Positions 13,436 through 25,473 of a stretch of DNA of 64,000 bases are shown here, piece by piece. A program made the translations under genes and the position numbers. Positions within the stretch are counted from its first letter, which is position 1; each line of letters begins with the position of its first letter. The DNA is taken from the NCBI GenBank assembly GCA_963766075.1, contig CAVYAN010000049.1:38097-102096 (forward strand), given 5' to 3'. The notes under the pieces were generated by a model, which did no database searches, was not told the origin of the DNA, and saw nothing but the letters and a program-made list of their open reading frames with translations. Source of the DNA: an uncultured cyanobacterium (GTDB taxonomy: Bacteria; Cyanobacteriota; Cyanobacteriia; Leptolyngbyales; Leptolyngbyaceae).

Positions 13436-13629
13436 GGGACTTCCAAGAAATAAATAGTGCCAATGCAGAGTTTGACCCACCCCTAGCCCCTCCAAGGAGG
13501 GGAATTAGTCCGAAAATCCCCTCCTCGGAGGGGTGCCCGGAGGGCGGGGTGGGTCAGACTTCGCCATTTCAGACAACCCAGTGCGATCGCTGAGTTGTTC
13601 CGTGGAATGTTTATTTTCTTGGAAGTCCC
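13436..13629. mobile_element. MITE-like element copy 2, intact terminal inverted repeats and TTA target duplication
   Basis: TTA|GGGACTTCCAAGAAATAAA ... TTTATTTTCTTGGAAGTCCC|TTA; no transposase inside. Confidence 0.85.
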
Positions 13630-13987
13630 TTAGAAACTGACTGGGGAGTTTGCGATAGCTACGCACCCAGAGTCCGCTACGCACCAGAGTCCGCGTATCC
13701 AACCCAATTCGTAAGATTGAAAGAGGAGGACTGGATCGTGCAGTCCACTTCTAGTGGACTTCGCCCCGAGAGCGCCGACTTCCAGTCCGGTGCGATTCAG
13801 AGCGATCGCCGAGGAATTTCCAAAGACCTTTTTCTTTCTTGAATTCGCTACCGGTATGATTGATTCGCGGGCAATTGATTCGCGGGCAGGGGGCGATCGC
13901 GGGATTACAGAATTAAATGTGAAGCTTCCGGGCAAAAGGGGATTTCCTTTGTTAGAAAAGAGAAGTTATCCCCCCAGAGTTTATCCC

Positions 13988-14436
13988 ATGGCTGATCCTG
14001 TCACTTGGACCGCTGGCGCAATCGCCAGTCTGGCCGTTCAAAAATTCCTCGAATCCGGTGCTGGCGAGTTGGGCAAGAAGTTCACCACCGAGGCAATTAC
14101 TAAAATGGGCCTGCTGTGGGAGCAGGTGAAGACTAAGCTCATGGGCAAATCGGCCAAGTTGGACGAGGCATTGGTGAAAGTGGAACAGGGCGATCTGCGC
14201 TGCGTTGGATACCGTCGCCAAGCATCTGGATGTGGCCATGGACGAGCATCCCGACTTTGCGGCAGAACTCAAGGTTCTGGCCAATGAGATTCATGCCGGT
14301 AAGCTGCAAGACAATAGCAACATGGTCCAAAACGTGATCGGCAATGACAATAGGAATGTTCAAGCAAAGGCTGAACAGGGGGGGAAACAATTTATTGCTG
14401 AGAAGATGTTACTTTGGGGCGACCGAGGCGGATTGA
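13988..14436 (+). CDS. Bell-like helical protein with C-terminal N/Q/G-rich amyloid-like motif; two apparent 1-bp insertions (near 14196 and 14409)
   Basis: MADPVTWTAGAIASLAVQKFLESGAGELGKK...LWEQVKTKL...HPDFAAELKVLA then QDNSNMVQNVIGNDNRNVQAKAEQGGKQFIAEKM(YFGATEAD*) after frame repair. Confidence 0.65.
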
Positions 14437-16917
<2,481 letters not shown>

Positions 16918-16932
16918 GGGGTGGGAGCGCAA

Positions 16933-16963
16933 ATCCCCGGCATTTTTCAAAAATGCCGGGGAT
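16933..16963. terminator. Near-perfect hairpin (terminator or REP-like) between the convergent NLR and hicB genes
   Basis: ATCCCCGGCATTTT-TCA-AAAATGCCGGGGAT. Confidence 0.6.
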
Positions 16964-17020
16964 CTTTCAGGACCGTTAGGCTCTACGCACTCAGACGCTG
17001 CATTTGGGCGATCGCTTGAT

Positions 17021-17203
17021 TCACATCCGGCAAGACTCGATTATTGGGGTGCGGGCAGTTTCCAGCCACAATTGCAGCACCATTTGCAACGCTTGAAACG
17101 TCTCCTCAATCGTCTCCCCCTGGGCCAAACACCCCTTCAAAGCCGGGATTTCAGCCACAAACCCACCCTCTTCACAGGGATAAATCACCATTGGATAATT
17201 CAC
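17021..17203 (-). CDS. hicB: HicB-family antitoxin (short, no adjacent hicA)
   Basis: YPMVIYPCEEGGFVAEIPALKGCLAQGETIEE is the typical HicB N-terminal signature. Confidence 0.8.
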   Translation of the reverse strand: MNYPMVIYPCEEGGFVAEIPALKGCLAQGETIEETFQALQMVLQLWLETARTPIIESCRM

Positions 17204-17464
17204 GCGCTTTCTCCCGTATCATCCTCAGGTTAAGTCTGGATTTTATTCTTAGAAATGAGAATTAAATAAGGGACAGATTTTTTAGCGGCTAAGCGATTGG
17301 CAGGGGGGCTAGCCGACAAGCAAAGACCCGTGTCGCAGTTTTGCTTTATTGGGGGGAATTTGTAGCTGTTAATCAATCCTTGTTCCCTCGCCGAAAGAAC
17401 GGACACGAACCAATGGCATAGAATATGGGAGATTGATTGCCCCGCTTTCCCAAACCTTGCCCCT

Positions 17465-19462
17465 ATGCTAAAAATTACCCAGGGTCCCCCCGCGTCCATT
17501 GCCTTAAATCAACAGTTTTCCATTCGAGGCATTGCCTCCCAGGAGTACGCAGGGCTGAATTTGACCCTGGTCGTGGATAATCAATTCCGGACGGCAGGCC
17601 CGCTGGTGGACTTGGATGGAACTTGGGAAGTGCGGTTTGTCTTCCGGCAACCGGGAAATCGCCAACTGCGCGTGACGATCGCCAACGAGAGCCTTGATGT
17701 CACAATCCCCGTTGTCGCCGCCGCCCCCACGCCGACCCCCACTCCTACGCCAACCCCACCGCCCACACCGACCCCGCCGCCCACGCCAACCCCGCCGCCC
17801 ACGCCGACTCCGCCGCCCACGCCACAACTGCCGCGCATTCGCATCGATACCATTCCCCCTGTCATTCAGGCCGGACAAGCCTTTACCCTGCTGGGCAGCG
17901 CCGACAACTACCTCAACGGTAGCCAGCTGCGGCTACTGGTGGATCAGTTTGAACTGGCCCGTCCCACAGTGCAGGGCGGCAAATGGCAGAGCAGCATCAC
18001 CATCCGCAATCCGGGCAAGCGCACTTTGGATGTATTGGGAGCCGGACAGGATCGGGCTCAAACCGTGCTCGATGTGATTGCACCCGTGCCGGTAATCCGG
18101 CGGCTGACGTTCACTAACCCGCCCGCCCGCATTACCGCAGGGCAGACTGTCACCTTAACAGGAGAGGCGATCGGCTATAACGATGGTGAGACTTTGGTTT
18201 TGAATGTGGACCGCTTTGAACTGGGGCGTCCTCAGGTGCAGGGCAGTAAGTGGCAGGTGGCCCTGACTATTCGCAGTGCGGGTAGGCGCACGATCGAACT
18301 TTTGGGAGCGGGGCAGGATCGGATTCAAGTCGCCATAGAAGTGGTAGCGGCTCCTCCCCCGCCCACCCCCCGCACCCTCAGCTTCACCACGCTCCCCGCC
18401 CAGTTGGTAGTTGGCCAAACCGTTACCCTGGCGGGAATTGCCACGGGATATAAGGATGGGGTGATCCTGTCGTTGCAGGTGGATGGAGTGGAAGTGGCCC
18501 GTCCATCGGTGGCCGCAGGCAAATGGCAGGGGGGGGTAGTGCTACAGACGGCGGGGAAGCGGGCGATCGCCCTAGTCGGTACCCCGCCCGATCGCGCCGA
18601 GACGGTGATTGAAGCCCTCGCCGCTGTGCGCCCAGCCCGTGTCCGGTTCACCACCGTGCCCCAGAAGGTCGAATCCGAAGCCAGCTTTATCGTTGCCGGA
18701 CAGGCCGAGCTTTACAACAACGGCGACCAATTGACTCTGATGGTGGACAAATGGGCCGTAGCCCACCCCGTCGTACAGAACGGATTATGGCAAGCGACGA
18801 TCACTATCCGCAATCCGGGCCGTCGTACGTTGGAAATTTTAGGTTCGGAACAGGATCGGGCCCAACTCCCAATTGAAGTGACGGGGGCAGACCTGCAGAT
18901 CATCTCGCGCTCGATCTGGAGCAGCTCTCCCACTCCCGCTAGCCTGCCCGAACTGAAGCCTCTGCGAATTACGTTACACCACACCGCTATCAGTCCAACG
19001 CTGCCCACCACCGCCAATTCAGCGGATGAACTGGCCCGGATGCGGAACATTTTTCAGATTCATACGCAGTCCAATGGCTGGAGTGATATCGGCTATCACT
19101 TCATTATTATGCCCAGCGGCAGAATCTATGAAGCACGGGCAGAGAATAAACGCGGGGCCCATGATGTTATTAATGATGGACTGGGCGTTGCGTTTGATGG
19201 CGATTTTGGCAAAGCCAATGTCTCCACCCAGCAGTTTCAAGCGGCAGTCCAGCTCTGTGCAAAGCTCTGTCAGCGCTATAACATCGATGATCCGACAACG
19301 CTGGTCCCGACACCAACTGACGGCTTTGGCACTCGCGATTTACCCCGTATTCTGGGCCATCGCGATCGCGTTGCTACGGAATGCCCTGGCTCGCCCGAGG
19401 GCAAAACCGTCCGCTTAAGTGAGATTCGGCAGACGGTAAAAACCGAGTTATCGCGCCCCTAG
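17465..19462 (+). CDS. N-acetylmuramoyl-L-alanine amidase (PGRP/Amidase_2) with five N-terminal beta-rich repeats and a Pro-Thr linker
   Basis: ITLHHTA, GWSDIGYHFII, GRIYEAR, GAH, ILGHRD..TECPG; about 90-aa repeats (ARPxVxxGKWQ...GRRT..DRAQ). Confidence 0.88.
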   Translation: MLKITQGPPASIALNQQFSIRGIASQEYAGLNLTLVVDNQFRTAGPLVDLDGTWEVRFVFRQPGNRQLRVTIANESLDVTIPVVAAAPTPTPTPTPTPPPTPTPPPTPTPPPTPTPPPTPQLPRIRIDTIPPVIQAGQAFTLLGSADNYLNGSQLRLLVDQFELARPTVQGGKWQSSITIRNPGKRTLDVLGAGQDRAQTVLDVIAPVPVIRRLTFTNPPARITAGQTVTLTGEAIGYNDGETLVLNVDRFELGRPQVQGSKWQVALTIRSAGRRTIELLGAGQDRIQVAIEVVAAPPPPTPRTLSFTTLPAQLVVGQTVTLAGIATGYKDGVILSLQVDGVEVARPSVAAGKWQGGVVLQTAGKRAIALVGTPPDRAETVIEALAAVRPARVRFTTVPQKVESEASFIVAGQAELYNNGDQLTLMVDKWAVAHPVVQNGLWQATITIRNPGRRTLEILGSEQDRAQLPIEVTGADLQIISRSIWSSSPTPASLPELKPLRITLHHTAISPTLPTTANSADELARMRNIFQIHTQSNGWSDIGYHFIIMPSGRIYEARAENKRGAHDVINDGLGVAFDGDFGKANVSTQQFQAAVQLCAKLCQRYNIDDPTTLVPTPTDGFGTRDLPRILGHRDRVATECPGSPEGKTVRLSEIRQTVKTELSRP

Positions 19463-19534
19463 GCAATGACGGATTTTGAGAGGCCATGTTTGAGGCTATA
19501 TTTCAAGTCCAAGTAGGATGCTCGTCGAGAAGAC

Positions 19535-19697
19535 TACGATTTCTAGGAAAAAATCTACCGTTCGAGATTGTGCCCTGAGCGGAGTCGAAGGGCACAATCT
19601 TTTGCTGGCTTCGGCTCCTGCTGCCCTCTGCTGGCTTCGACTTCGCTCAGCCAGCAGGGGGCAGCCAGCAGGTATATTATTTCTTGGAAGTCACCTA
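19535..19697. mobile_element. MITE-like element copy 3 with a related right end but different internal palindromes
   Basis: Right end ATTATTTCTTGGAAGTCACCTAA; internal CCCTGAGCGGAGTCGAAGGG and CTTCGACTTCGCTCAG; left end degenerate. Confidence 0.55.
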
Positions 19698-19731
19698 AGC
19701 AGATCGAGCCAGTCGAGGAGAAATAGGCACC

Positions 19732-20796
19732 ATGCAGATTGATTTTCATCACGGTGTGACCTACACAGTGGCACGCCTAGCGGGTTTCCCCCATTACGAA
19801 GCGAGTATTATTGCCCACTGCGCCCAATATGTGGACGATGCGACAAATTCTGGGCTGATTCGCTTTGACAATGGCTTTTCGTTTGATCGGATTAGTTCAG
19901 CGCACAAAATGCTGGACTACCGGAACTTTCAGGAATTAGCGAATCATCGGGTTTGGATTCCCTTCCACTTCTTGCCAGGGAATGGTGGGTTGCCGAAAGG
20001 CAAGGATCCAGGGGGAGCCTTGGTGGATCAGTTAATTTGCCGCCCGAATAGTGTTGTGGCCCAGGATATGGTGCGTCATTGCATTGCCGATCGCCACACC
20101 GTCTACGGCCTATACCGCCTGGGAATTACGATGCATGTGTATGCGGATACTTGGGCGCATCAGGGATTCGTGGGGATTAACGATCGGGTCAATGATGCCA
20201 GTGCTCTGACGGATGCGGCGGGACAACCGGATCGCAAACTGCTGGATCGCCTCGCCAGTTTCTTTATTGGTGAGGCATTGCCCTTAGGACATGGGGCGGT
20301 TTTGAGCCATCCGGACAAGCCGTTTTTACGCTGGGGCTACACCAATGGGCGCGGTGAGAAGATTTGGCGCGACAATCCTCAGGATTTTCTGGCGGCGGCG
20401 GACCATCTGTGCCAAGCCATGCAGCGCTATCGGATGGGGGATGCGGCGGCATCGGTACCGGGACTGCCCGCGCCCGATCGGGACTTGATTGGCCAGATGC
20501 TGCGGACCATTGCTGCGCCCCAGGGCGCGGAGCGGCATCGGCAATGGCTGGCGGCGATCGCGGTGGGTCGATTCAGTTTTGGGCCTGCTCAGGTGACCTA
20601 TATTGCCAAGGGGAAAGGGTCCTGGAAGCATGCGGCCCTGGGCACCGAGGCCACAGTGGATCGCGGTGATGAAGTCTATCCTTATCGCCCTGAGTTTCTC
20701 CAAAGCGATTGGAAACATTTCCACGATGCCCTACAAGCCCATCGATTTTACGTGCTGCACCAGCTATTGCCCAGCTATGGCCTGTGTGTCGCCTAA
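19732..20796 (+). CDS. Conserved hypothetical protein, DUF6765-like, putative metal-dependent hydrolase
   Basis: MQIDFHHGVTY, QYVDD, IPFHFLPG, GITMHVYADTWAHQGF. Confidence 0.7.
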   Translation: MQIDFHHGVTYTVARLAGFPHYEASIIAHCAQYVDDATNSGLIRFDNGFSFDRISSAHKMLDYRNFQELANHRVWIPFHFLPGNGGLPKGKDPGGALVDQLICRPNSVVAQDMVRHCIADRHTVYGLYRLGITMHVYADTWAHQGFVGINDRVNDASALTDAAGQPDRKLLDRLASFFIGEALPLGHGAVLSHPDKPFLRWGYTNGRGEKIWRDNPQDFLAAADHLCQAMQRYRMGDAAASVPGLPAPDRDLIGQMLRTIAAPQGAERHRQWLAAIAVGRFSFGPAQVTYIAKGKGSWKHAALGTEATVDRGDEVYPYRPEFLQSDWKHFHDALQAHRFYVLHQLLPSYGLCVA

Positions 20797-20943
20797 ATGG
20801 CAATTAAAAATTGCCATAAAATCTCGCCACGCCCTAATCTGCGTCATCTGTGGCGCAGTCTCATCAAGCGCAGCTTGTTTGTCTTGAGGGGGTGTCTTTG
20901 GGGGGATTCTAGTCCGAGTGCCGATCGCCTCTGGCTTCTGACC

Positions 20944-21300
20944 CTAGCCACACCGGGGCTCCAGCCTCTGGACATAGTTATGCCATAGCCCGGTCAGTTC
21001 CCGGGCGCGATCCATAGCATCTGCGTGTAACCGATACATGTGGCGAGGCCGCCCTCTACCAGACACCTTTTGCCAGTACGTGGTGACCATCCCCTCTGCT
21101 TCGAGAAACTTAAGCCCGCTGTAGAGCACCGTATCCGATAGGCGATAGCCGGGATACTCGGTTTCTACCCGTTGGATCAGTTCTGAGCCGTAGGAGTCCC
21201 CCTGCAACAGGACCGACATCACGTAGCAAACCGCTAGCTCTTTGTTTAGGTGGGAGTAGGGTTGGGTTTGAAAAAACTCGTAAATATCTTCAAGCTTCAT
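20944..21300 (-). CDS. pex: PadR-family transcriptional regulator, circadian period extender Pex
   Basis: MKLEDIYEFF, LNKELAVCY, SYGSELI, RLSDTVLYSGLKFLE, GRGRPRHMY. Confidence 0.88.
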   Translation of the reverse strand: MKLEDIYEFFQTQPYSHLNKELAVCYVMSVLLQGDSYGSELIQRVETEYPGYRLSDTVLYSGLKFLEAEGMVTTYWQKVSGRGRPRHMYRLHADAMDRARELTGLWHNYVQRLEPRCG

Positions 21301-21362
21301 GGCTAGAATTCTCCGGATAAAAATGATGTTGCAATGGGGCAATGTCGCTTTGGCCCCTGCCT

Positions 21363-21431
21363 CCTGATTGACCGGTCCTGATTGACTGGTCCTGATTGAC
21401 TGGTCCTGATTGACTGGTCCTGATTGACTGG
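21363..21431. repeat. Five tandem copies of 14-mer CCTGATTGACTGGT upstream of pex
   Basis: Read directly from the sequence. Confidence 0.95.
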
Positions 21432-21598
21432 CAATATGCATGCCCACGCTCTAGTCGTTGGGCAGAGGCTAGATGCCCTCATTATGATAGGTAAAACGAA
21501 AATCTATTATCCTCCAATCAGGTGGTTTCGGATCACATGATTGGAGGAGTTTTGCAGTATGCCCGCCGCGAAACGGATTGGCGAGGGTGGGGTGCGGG

Positions 21599-23776
21599 CT
21601 AAACGGTGCGGTCTGCTGTTGCAGTTCGGTGGGGGGCAACCGCGAGGGGCACAAGGCGAACGGCGCAGGCTTTTAGCTCGGGCTGTTTAGAGTCAGGACA
21701 GGCGGCGGGGTGGGTGAGGGCATTGGCTTCGGCCTGGTCTGCCCACAGCGATCCCCAGTGCATCGGTACGAATACGGTGCCCGGGGCAATATTTTTCGTG
21801 ATGCGGGCGGGAAAGCGGGCCAGACCCCGGCGCGATCGCACCTCGACCCAATCGCCCTCCTGGAGTTGGAGATTTCCAGCGTCACGGGGATGAATCTCAA
21901 TGAAGGGCTGGGGATACATCTTGGTGATTTTGGGAATGCGTCCGGTGCGGGTTTGGGTATGCCAATGCCCATAGAGGCGACCCGTGGTCAGCACGAAGGG
22001 ATAGTCCGGGTGGGGCGGCTCGGCTAAACCTCGGGAATGGTAAGCGCCGAACACGGCTCGACCGTCTGCGGTGTGGAAGCGGTGATCGGTGTAGAGACGG
22101 GCCTGTCCCTCTGTCCGCTGCTGGTCGAGTGGCCATTGTAAAGGTCCCTCTTGGGCCAGACGGGCGTGGCTGATACCCGACATATCGCAGGGGCGATCGC
22201 GGGTGAGTTGAACAAATTCGGCATGGACTTCGGCAGCGGTCTGAAACGGAAAAGCGTCCGCGAAGCCCAAGCGCCGCCCCACCTCAGCAAAAATGGCCCA
22301 ATCTTCGCGGGCTTCGCCAAGGGGGGCTTGAAAGGCGGGGCAAAGGGTGACACGCCTTTCAGAGTTGGTCATGGTGCCAGTTTTTTCGCTCCACTGGGTG
22401 GCGGGAAGCAGCAGGTGGGCGTAGGCGGTGGTTTCGGTGGGGTAGTAGGCTTCTTGATATATGGTGAAGGGCGATTGCCCCAGGGCAGCTTTGGTCCTTT
22501 CTAAGTCGGGGAGGCTGACTAAGGGATTGGTGGCGGCGATCCAGAAGACGCCAACTTCACCCCGTTCTAGGGCTTCGATCATTTCCCAAACCGTGAGGCC
22601 GGGTGCGGGGGCGATACGTCCGGGGGGGAGATTCCAGGCGTGTTCGACTTCGGCCCGGTGTTGCGAGTTACTGACACTCCGATAGCCGGGAAGCAAGCCG
22701 GCCAACCCACCCGCCTCTCGTCCACCCATGGCGTTGGGCTGGCCCGTGAGGGAAAAGGGTCCGGCACCGGGTTTGCCGATTTGTCCGGTCATGAGGTGCA
22801 GATTAATCAGGGTTCGGACTTTGGCGGTGCCTTCGCTGGATTGGTTGAGACCCATGGACCAGAGGGAAAGGACGCGCGGGGCCATACTCCAATATCGGGC
22901 GGCTTGTTCGAGATCGGCGGCAAGAATACCACAGCGGGCGGCGACCACATCCGGGGGATACTGCTGGGCGATCGCCTCAAAGTCGGCAAATCCGTTGGTG
23001 TGGTCGGCAATAAAGTGCTGATCAATCTTGCCCCACTTCAGGAGCAAATGGGCGATGCCATTCATCAGGTCAATGTCCGTACCGGGGCGAATGGCCAGAT
23101 GCAGATCGGCGACTTGGGCGGTCTCGGTGCAGCGCGGATCGACGACAATTAACTTAACGTGATCATGCCGTTTATGATGCTTGCGCAATCGATTAAACAG
23201 AATGGGATGACATTCGGCGGTATTGGAACCGATGATAAAGGCACAATCGGTTAAGTCTAGGTCTTCGTAACAGCAGGGAGGCCCATCGGAGCCGAAGCTA
23301 CGGATATATCCAGATACAGCCGATGACATGCACAGCCGTGAGTTCGCGTCAAAATTGTTGGTGCCCAAGCAGCCTTTCATGAGCTTTTGGGCGGTGTAGT
23401 AATCTTCCGTTACAAACTGCCCCGAGCCATAGAGGCAGATTCCATTGGCTCCTTGGGTATCCCGTACCGTGGTGATGCGCTGGACAATGACTGCAAAGGC
23501 TTCGTCCCAACTAATCCGGCGGAAGGGATCTTGCAGCGAGTCCCGCAGCATGGGATAAAGCAGTCGATCTTTGCCAATGGATTCAGCAATGGTGGCCCCT
23601 TTGACACAGACCATGCCTTGACTGGAGGGATGGCTTCGATCGCCCCGCACTTGGCCAAGGGCGACGGGTTCTCCTCGAGGGATATCAGGGGTTCCCGGCT
23701 GCGCGCGCGCGGGAACTACCTCCAGTCCACAACCGACACCACAGTAGGGACAGAGGGTTTTTACTGCTTCGGTCAT
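21599..23776 (-). CDS. narB: Ferredoxin-dependent nitrate reductase (Mo-bisPGD)
   Basis: [56 protein letters not shown]. Confidence 0.96.
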   Translation of the reverse strand: MTEAVKTLCPYCGVGCGLEVVPARAQPGTPDIPRGEPVALGQVRGDRSHPSSQGMVCVKGATIAESIGKDRLLYPMLRDSLQDPFRRISWDEAFAVIVQRITTVRDTQGANGICLYGSGQFVTEDYYTAQKLMKGCLGTNNFDANSRLCMSSAVSGYIRSFGSDGPPCCYEDLDLTDCAFIIGSNTAECHPILFNRLRKHHKRHDHVKLIVVDPRCTETAQVADLHLAIRPGTDIDLMNGIAHLLLKWGKIDQHFIADHTNGFADFEAIAQQYPPDVVAARCGILAADLEQAARYWSMAPRVLSLWSMGLNQSSEGTAKVRTLINLHLMTGQIGKPGAGPFSLTGQPNAMGGREAGGLAGLLPGYRSVSNSQHRAEVEHAWNLPPGRIAPAPGLTVWEMIEALERGEVGVFWIAATNPLVSLPDLERTKAALGQSPFTIYQEAYYPTETTAYAHLLLPATQWSEKTGTMTNSERRVTLCPAFQAPLGEAREDWAIFAEVGRRLGFADAFPFQTAAEVHAEFVQLTRDRPCDMSGISHARLAQEGPLQWPLDQQRTEGQARLYTDHRFHTADGRAVFGAYHSRGLAEPPHPDYPFVLTTGRLYGHWHTQTRTGRIPKITKMYPQPFIEIHPRDAGNLQLQEGDWVEVRSRRGLARFPARITKNIAPGTVFVPMHWGSLWADQAEANALTHPAACPDSKQPELKACAVRLVPLAVAPHRTATADRTV

Positions 23777-23887
23777 AACGCACTTCGCACCATCGTAAAA
23801 CGATTCTCTAAAAATTGGTTTCTCTAAACGTTTCCGGTTTCCGGTCAAGGACTCTAGGGGTGTATTCTAAAATTTTCTTTTGGCGAT

Positions 23888-24163
23888 TTAATCCGGTGGC
23901 GAAGATTCCTTGACACGCAGTTGAAGACAGGCGATGCGCTGCACAGGAGTACTGCTGGGAGTACTGGGATGAATTTCTAAAACCGCATTGTATCCGGCGG
24001 TGAATAGGTAGCGCTGTCGAGGAAATACGATGGCAGCAAAGGTGCCCTGGGGAATGTGACTAATCCGTAAAATTTGGGGGCGATCGCTGCTGTTGCTGTA
24101 GCAGCACAGGATGCGATCGTGACTGGATGTTGTCACCACTCTTGATGAAGTCGTTTGTGTCAT
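23888..24163 (-). CDS. DUF1830-like small protein
   Basis: ILCCYSN...ILRISHI...IVFPRQRYLF...LEIH...IACLQL pattern. Confidence 0.7.
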   Translation of the reverse strand: MTQTTSSRVVTTSSHDRILCCYSNSSDRPQILRISHIPQGTFAAIVFPRQRYLFTAGYNAVLEIHPSTPSSTPVQRIACLQLRVKESSPPD

Positions 24164-24519
24164 AGCCTTACCCGCAGAGTAACGAAAGGGAAGTGACCAA
24201 GAGACGGGATGATGAGGACGTGTTTGCAGCAAAATAGGAGGCAGAATAGGGTCTTGAGATTATGGGGCGAGATTATTCGGTTGAGATTACGGGCTGGATG
24301 CGTGTATTCGCGATCGGAAATGGAGGCATCTCCAGTGACAAACCTGTGGGAAGGCAGACCCGATCAATTCAAAGCAACCAAAAGAAATTCAAACTCTGGG
24401 TAGATTTTTGAAGGAATGACTCTTTTTTGAAGGAATGACTCTAGTGATGGACCTAAACGATGGACCTAAAGGACGGGCCTAAGCAATGGGCCTAGAAGCT
24501 TTAAGCGTGAGGCTCAGCC

Positions 24520-25356
24520 CTAATCTTCGTGGTGGGCATAGCGGCTAAACAAGAAGTCTAGGGCTTGGTTCCGCAACTGATAGTAGGCCGGGTTATCCAG
24601 TAGCAGCGCGCGGTTGCGGGGACGTTCAAAGGGGACTTCCATCACTTCGCCGATTTTGGCGGCGGGACCATTGGTCATCATCACGACTTTGTCGGCCAGG
24701 AATAGGGCTTCATCAATGTCGTGGGTGATCATCATGACGGTGACCCGATGTTCTGTCCAAATTTGCAGGAGTTCCTCTTGCAGTTCTTCTTTGGTGATAG
24801 CATCCAGCGCCCCAAAGGGTTCATCCAGAATCAGCACCTGGGGATAGATGGACAGTGCTCGAGCGATGGAGACGCGCTGTTTCATCCCGCCGGAGAGCTG
24901 ACCGGGCTTTTTGTGAGCGGCTTCTTCTAGGCCGACCATTTTTAGGTGCGATTGCACAATTTCAACTTTCTCTTCCTTGGACTTTTCCGGATAGACGGAA
25001 TTCACCGCCAGGTAAACATTTTCAAAGGCAGTTTTCCAAGGCAGCAAGCAATAGTTTTGGAACACGACCATCCGCTCCGGTCCGGGCTTGGTCACCCGTT
25101 CGCCCGCTACATGAACCGACCCATTGGAAGGCGTATTGAAGCCGGAAATCATGTTCAGGAGCGTGGTTTTGCCACAACCGGAATGCCCGATCAGACAAAT
25201 GAATTCACCCTCGTTCACCTCTAGATTCACGCCATCTAGGACCGTGTAAGGACCGTTGGGAGTGGGGTAAATCTTGGAGACGTTATCAATGGAAAGAAAA
25301 GCTGGAGAAGCAGTCACGGCAGAAGTTGTGGAGGAGGGACTAGAAAGGGTCTGCAT
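24520..25356 (-). CDS. nrtD: Nitrate/nitrite ABC transporter ATP-binding subunit D
   Basis: GHSGCGKT, LSGGMKQRV, MMTNGPAA; operon position. Confidence 0.93.
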   Translation of the reverse strand: MQTLSSPSSTTSAVTASPAFLSIDNVSKIYPTPNGPYTVLDGVNLEVNEGEFICLIGHSGCGKTTLLNMISGFNTPSNGSVHVAGERVTKPGPERMVVFQNYCLLPWKTAFENVYLAVNSVYPEKSKEEKVEIVQSHLKMVGLEEAAHKKPGQLSGGMKQRVSIARALSIYPQVLILDEPFGALDAITKEELQEELLQIWTEHRVTVMMITHDIDEALFLADKVVMMTNGPAAKIGEVMEVPFERPRNRALLLDNPAYYQLRNQALDFLFSRYAHHED

Positions 25357-25473
25357 AAATCTACCAGAAGGTGAGGATCGAAACGCGTAACCCGAATTTG
25401 GTTCTAGAGGCAATTCCTAAGACAGGGATCGGCTCCCGCTCTCGGACACGAGGCCGCGGGAGCCGATCGCGGT

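Noticed and set aside
17725..17825. C-rich tandem repeat
   Set aside because: It encodes the Pro-Thr linker of the amidase.
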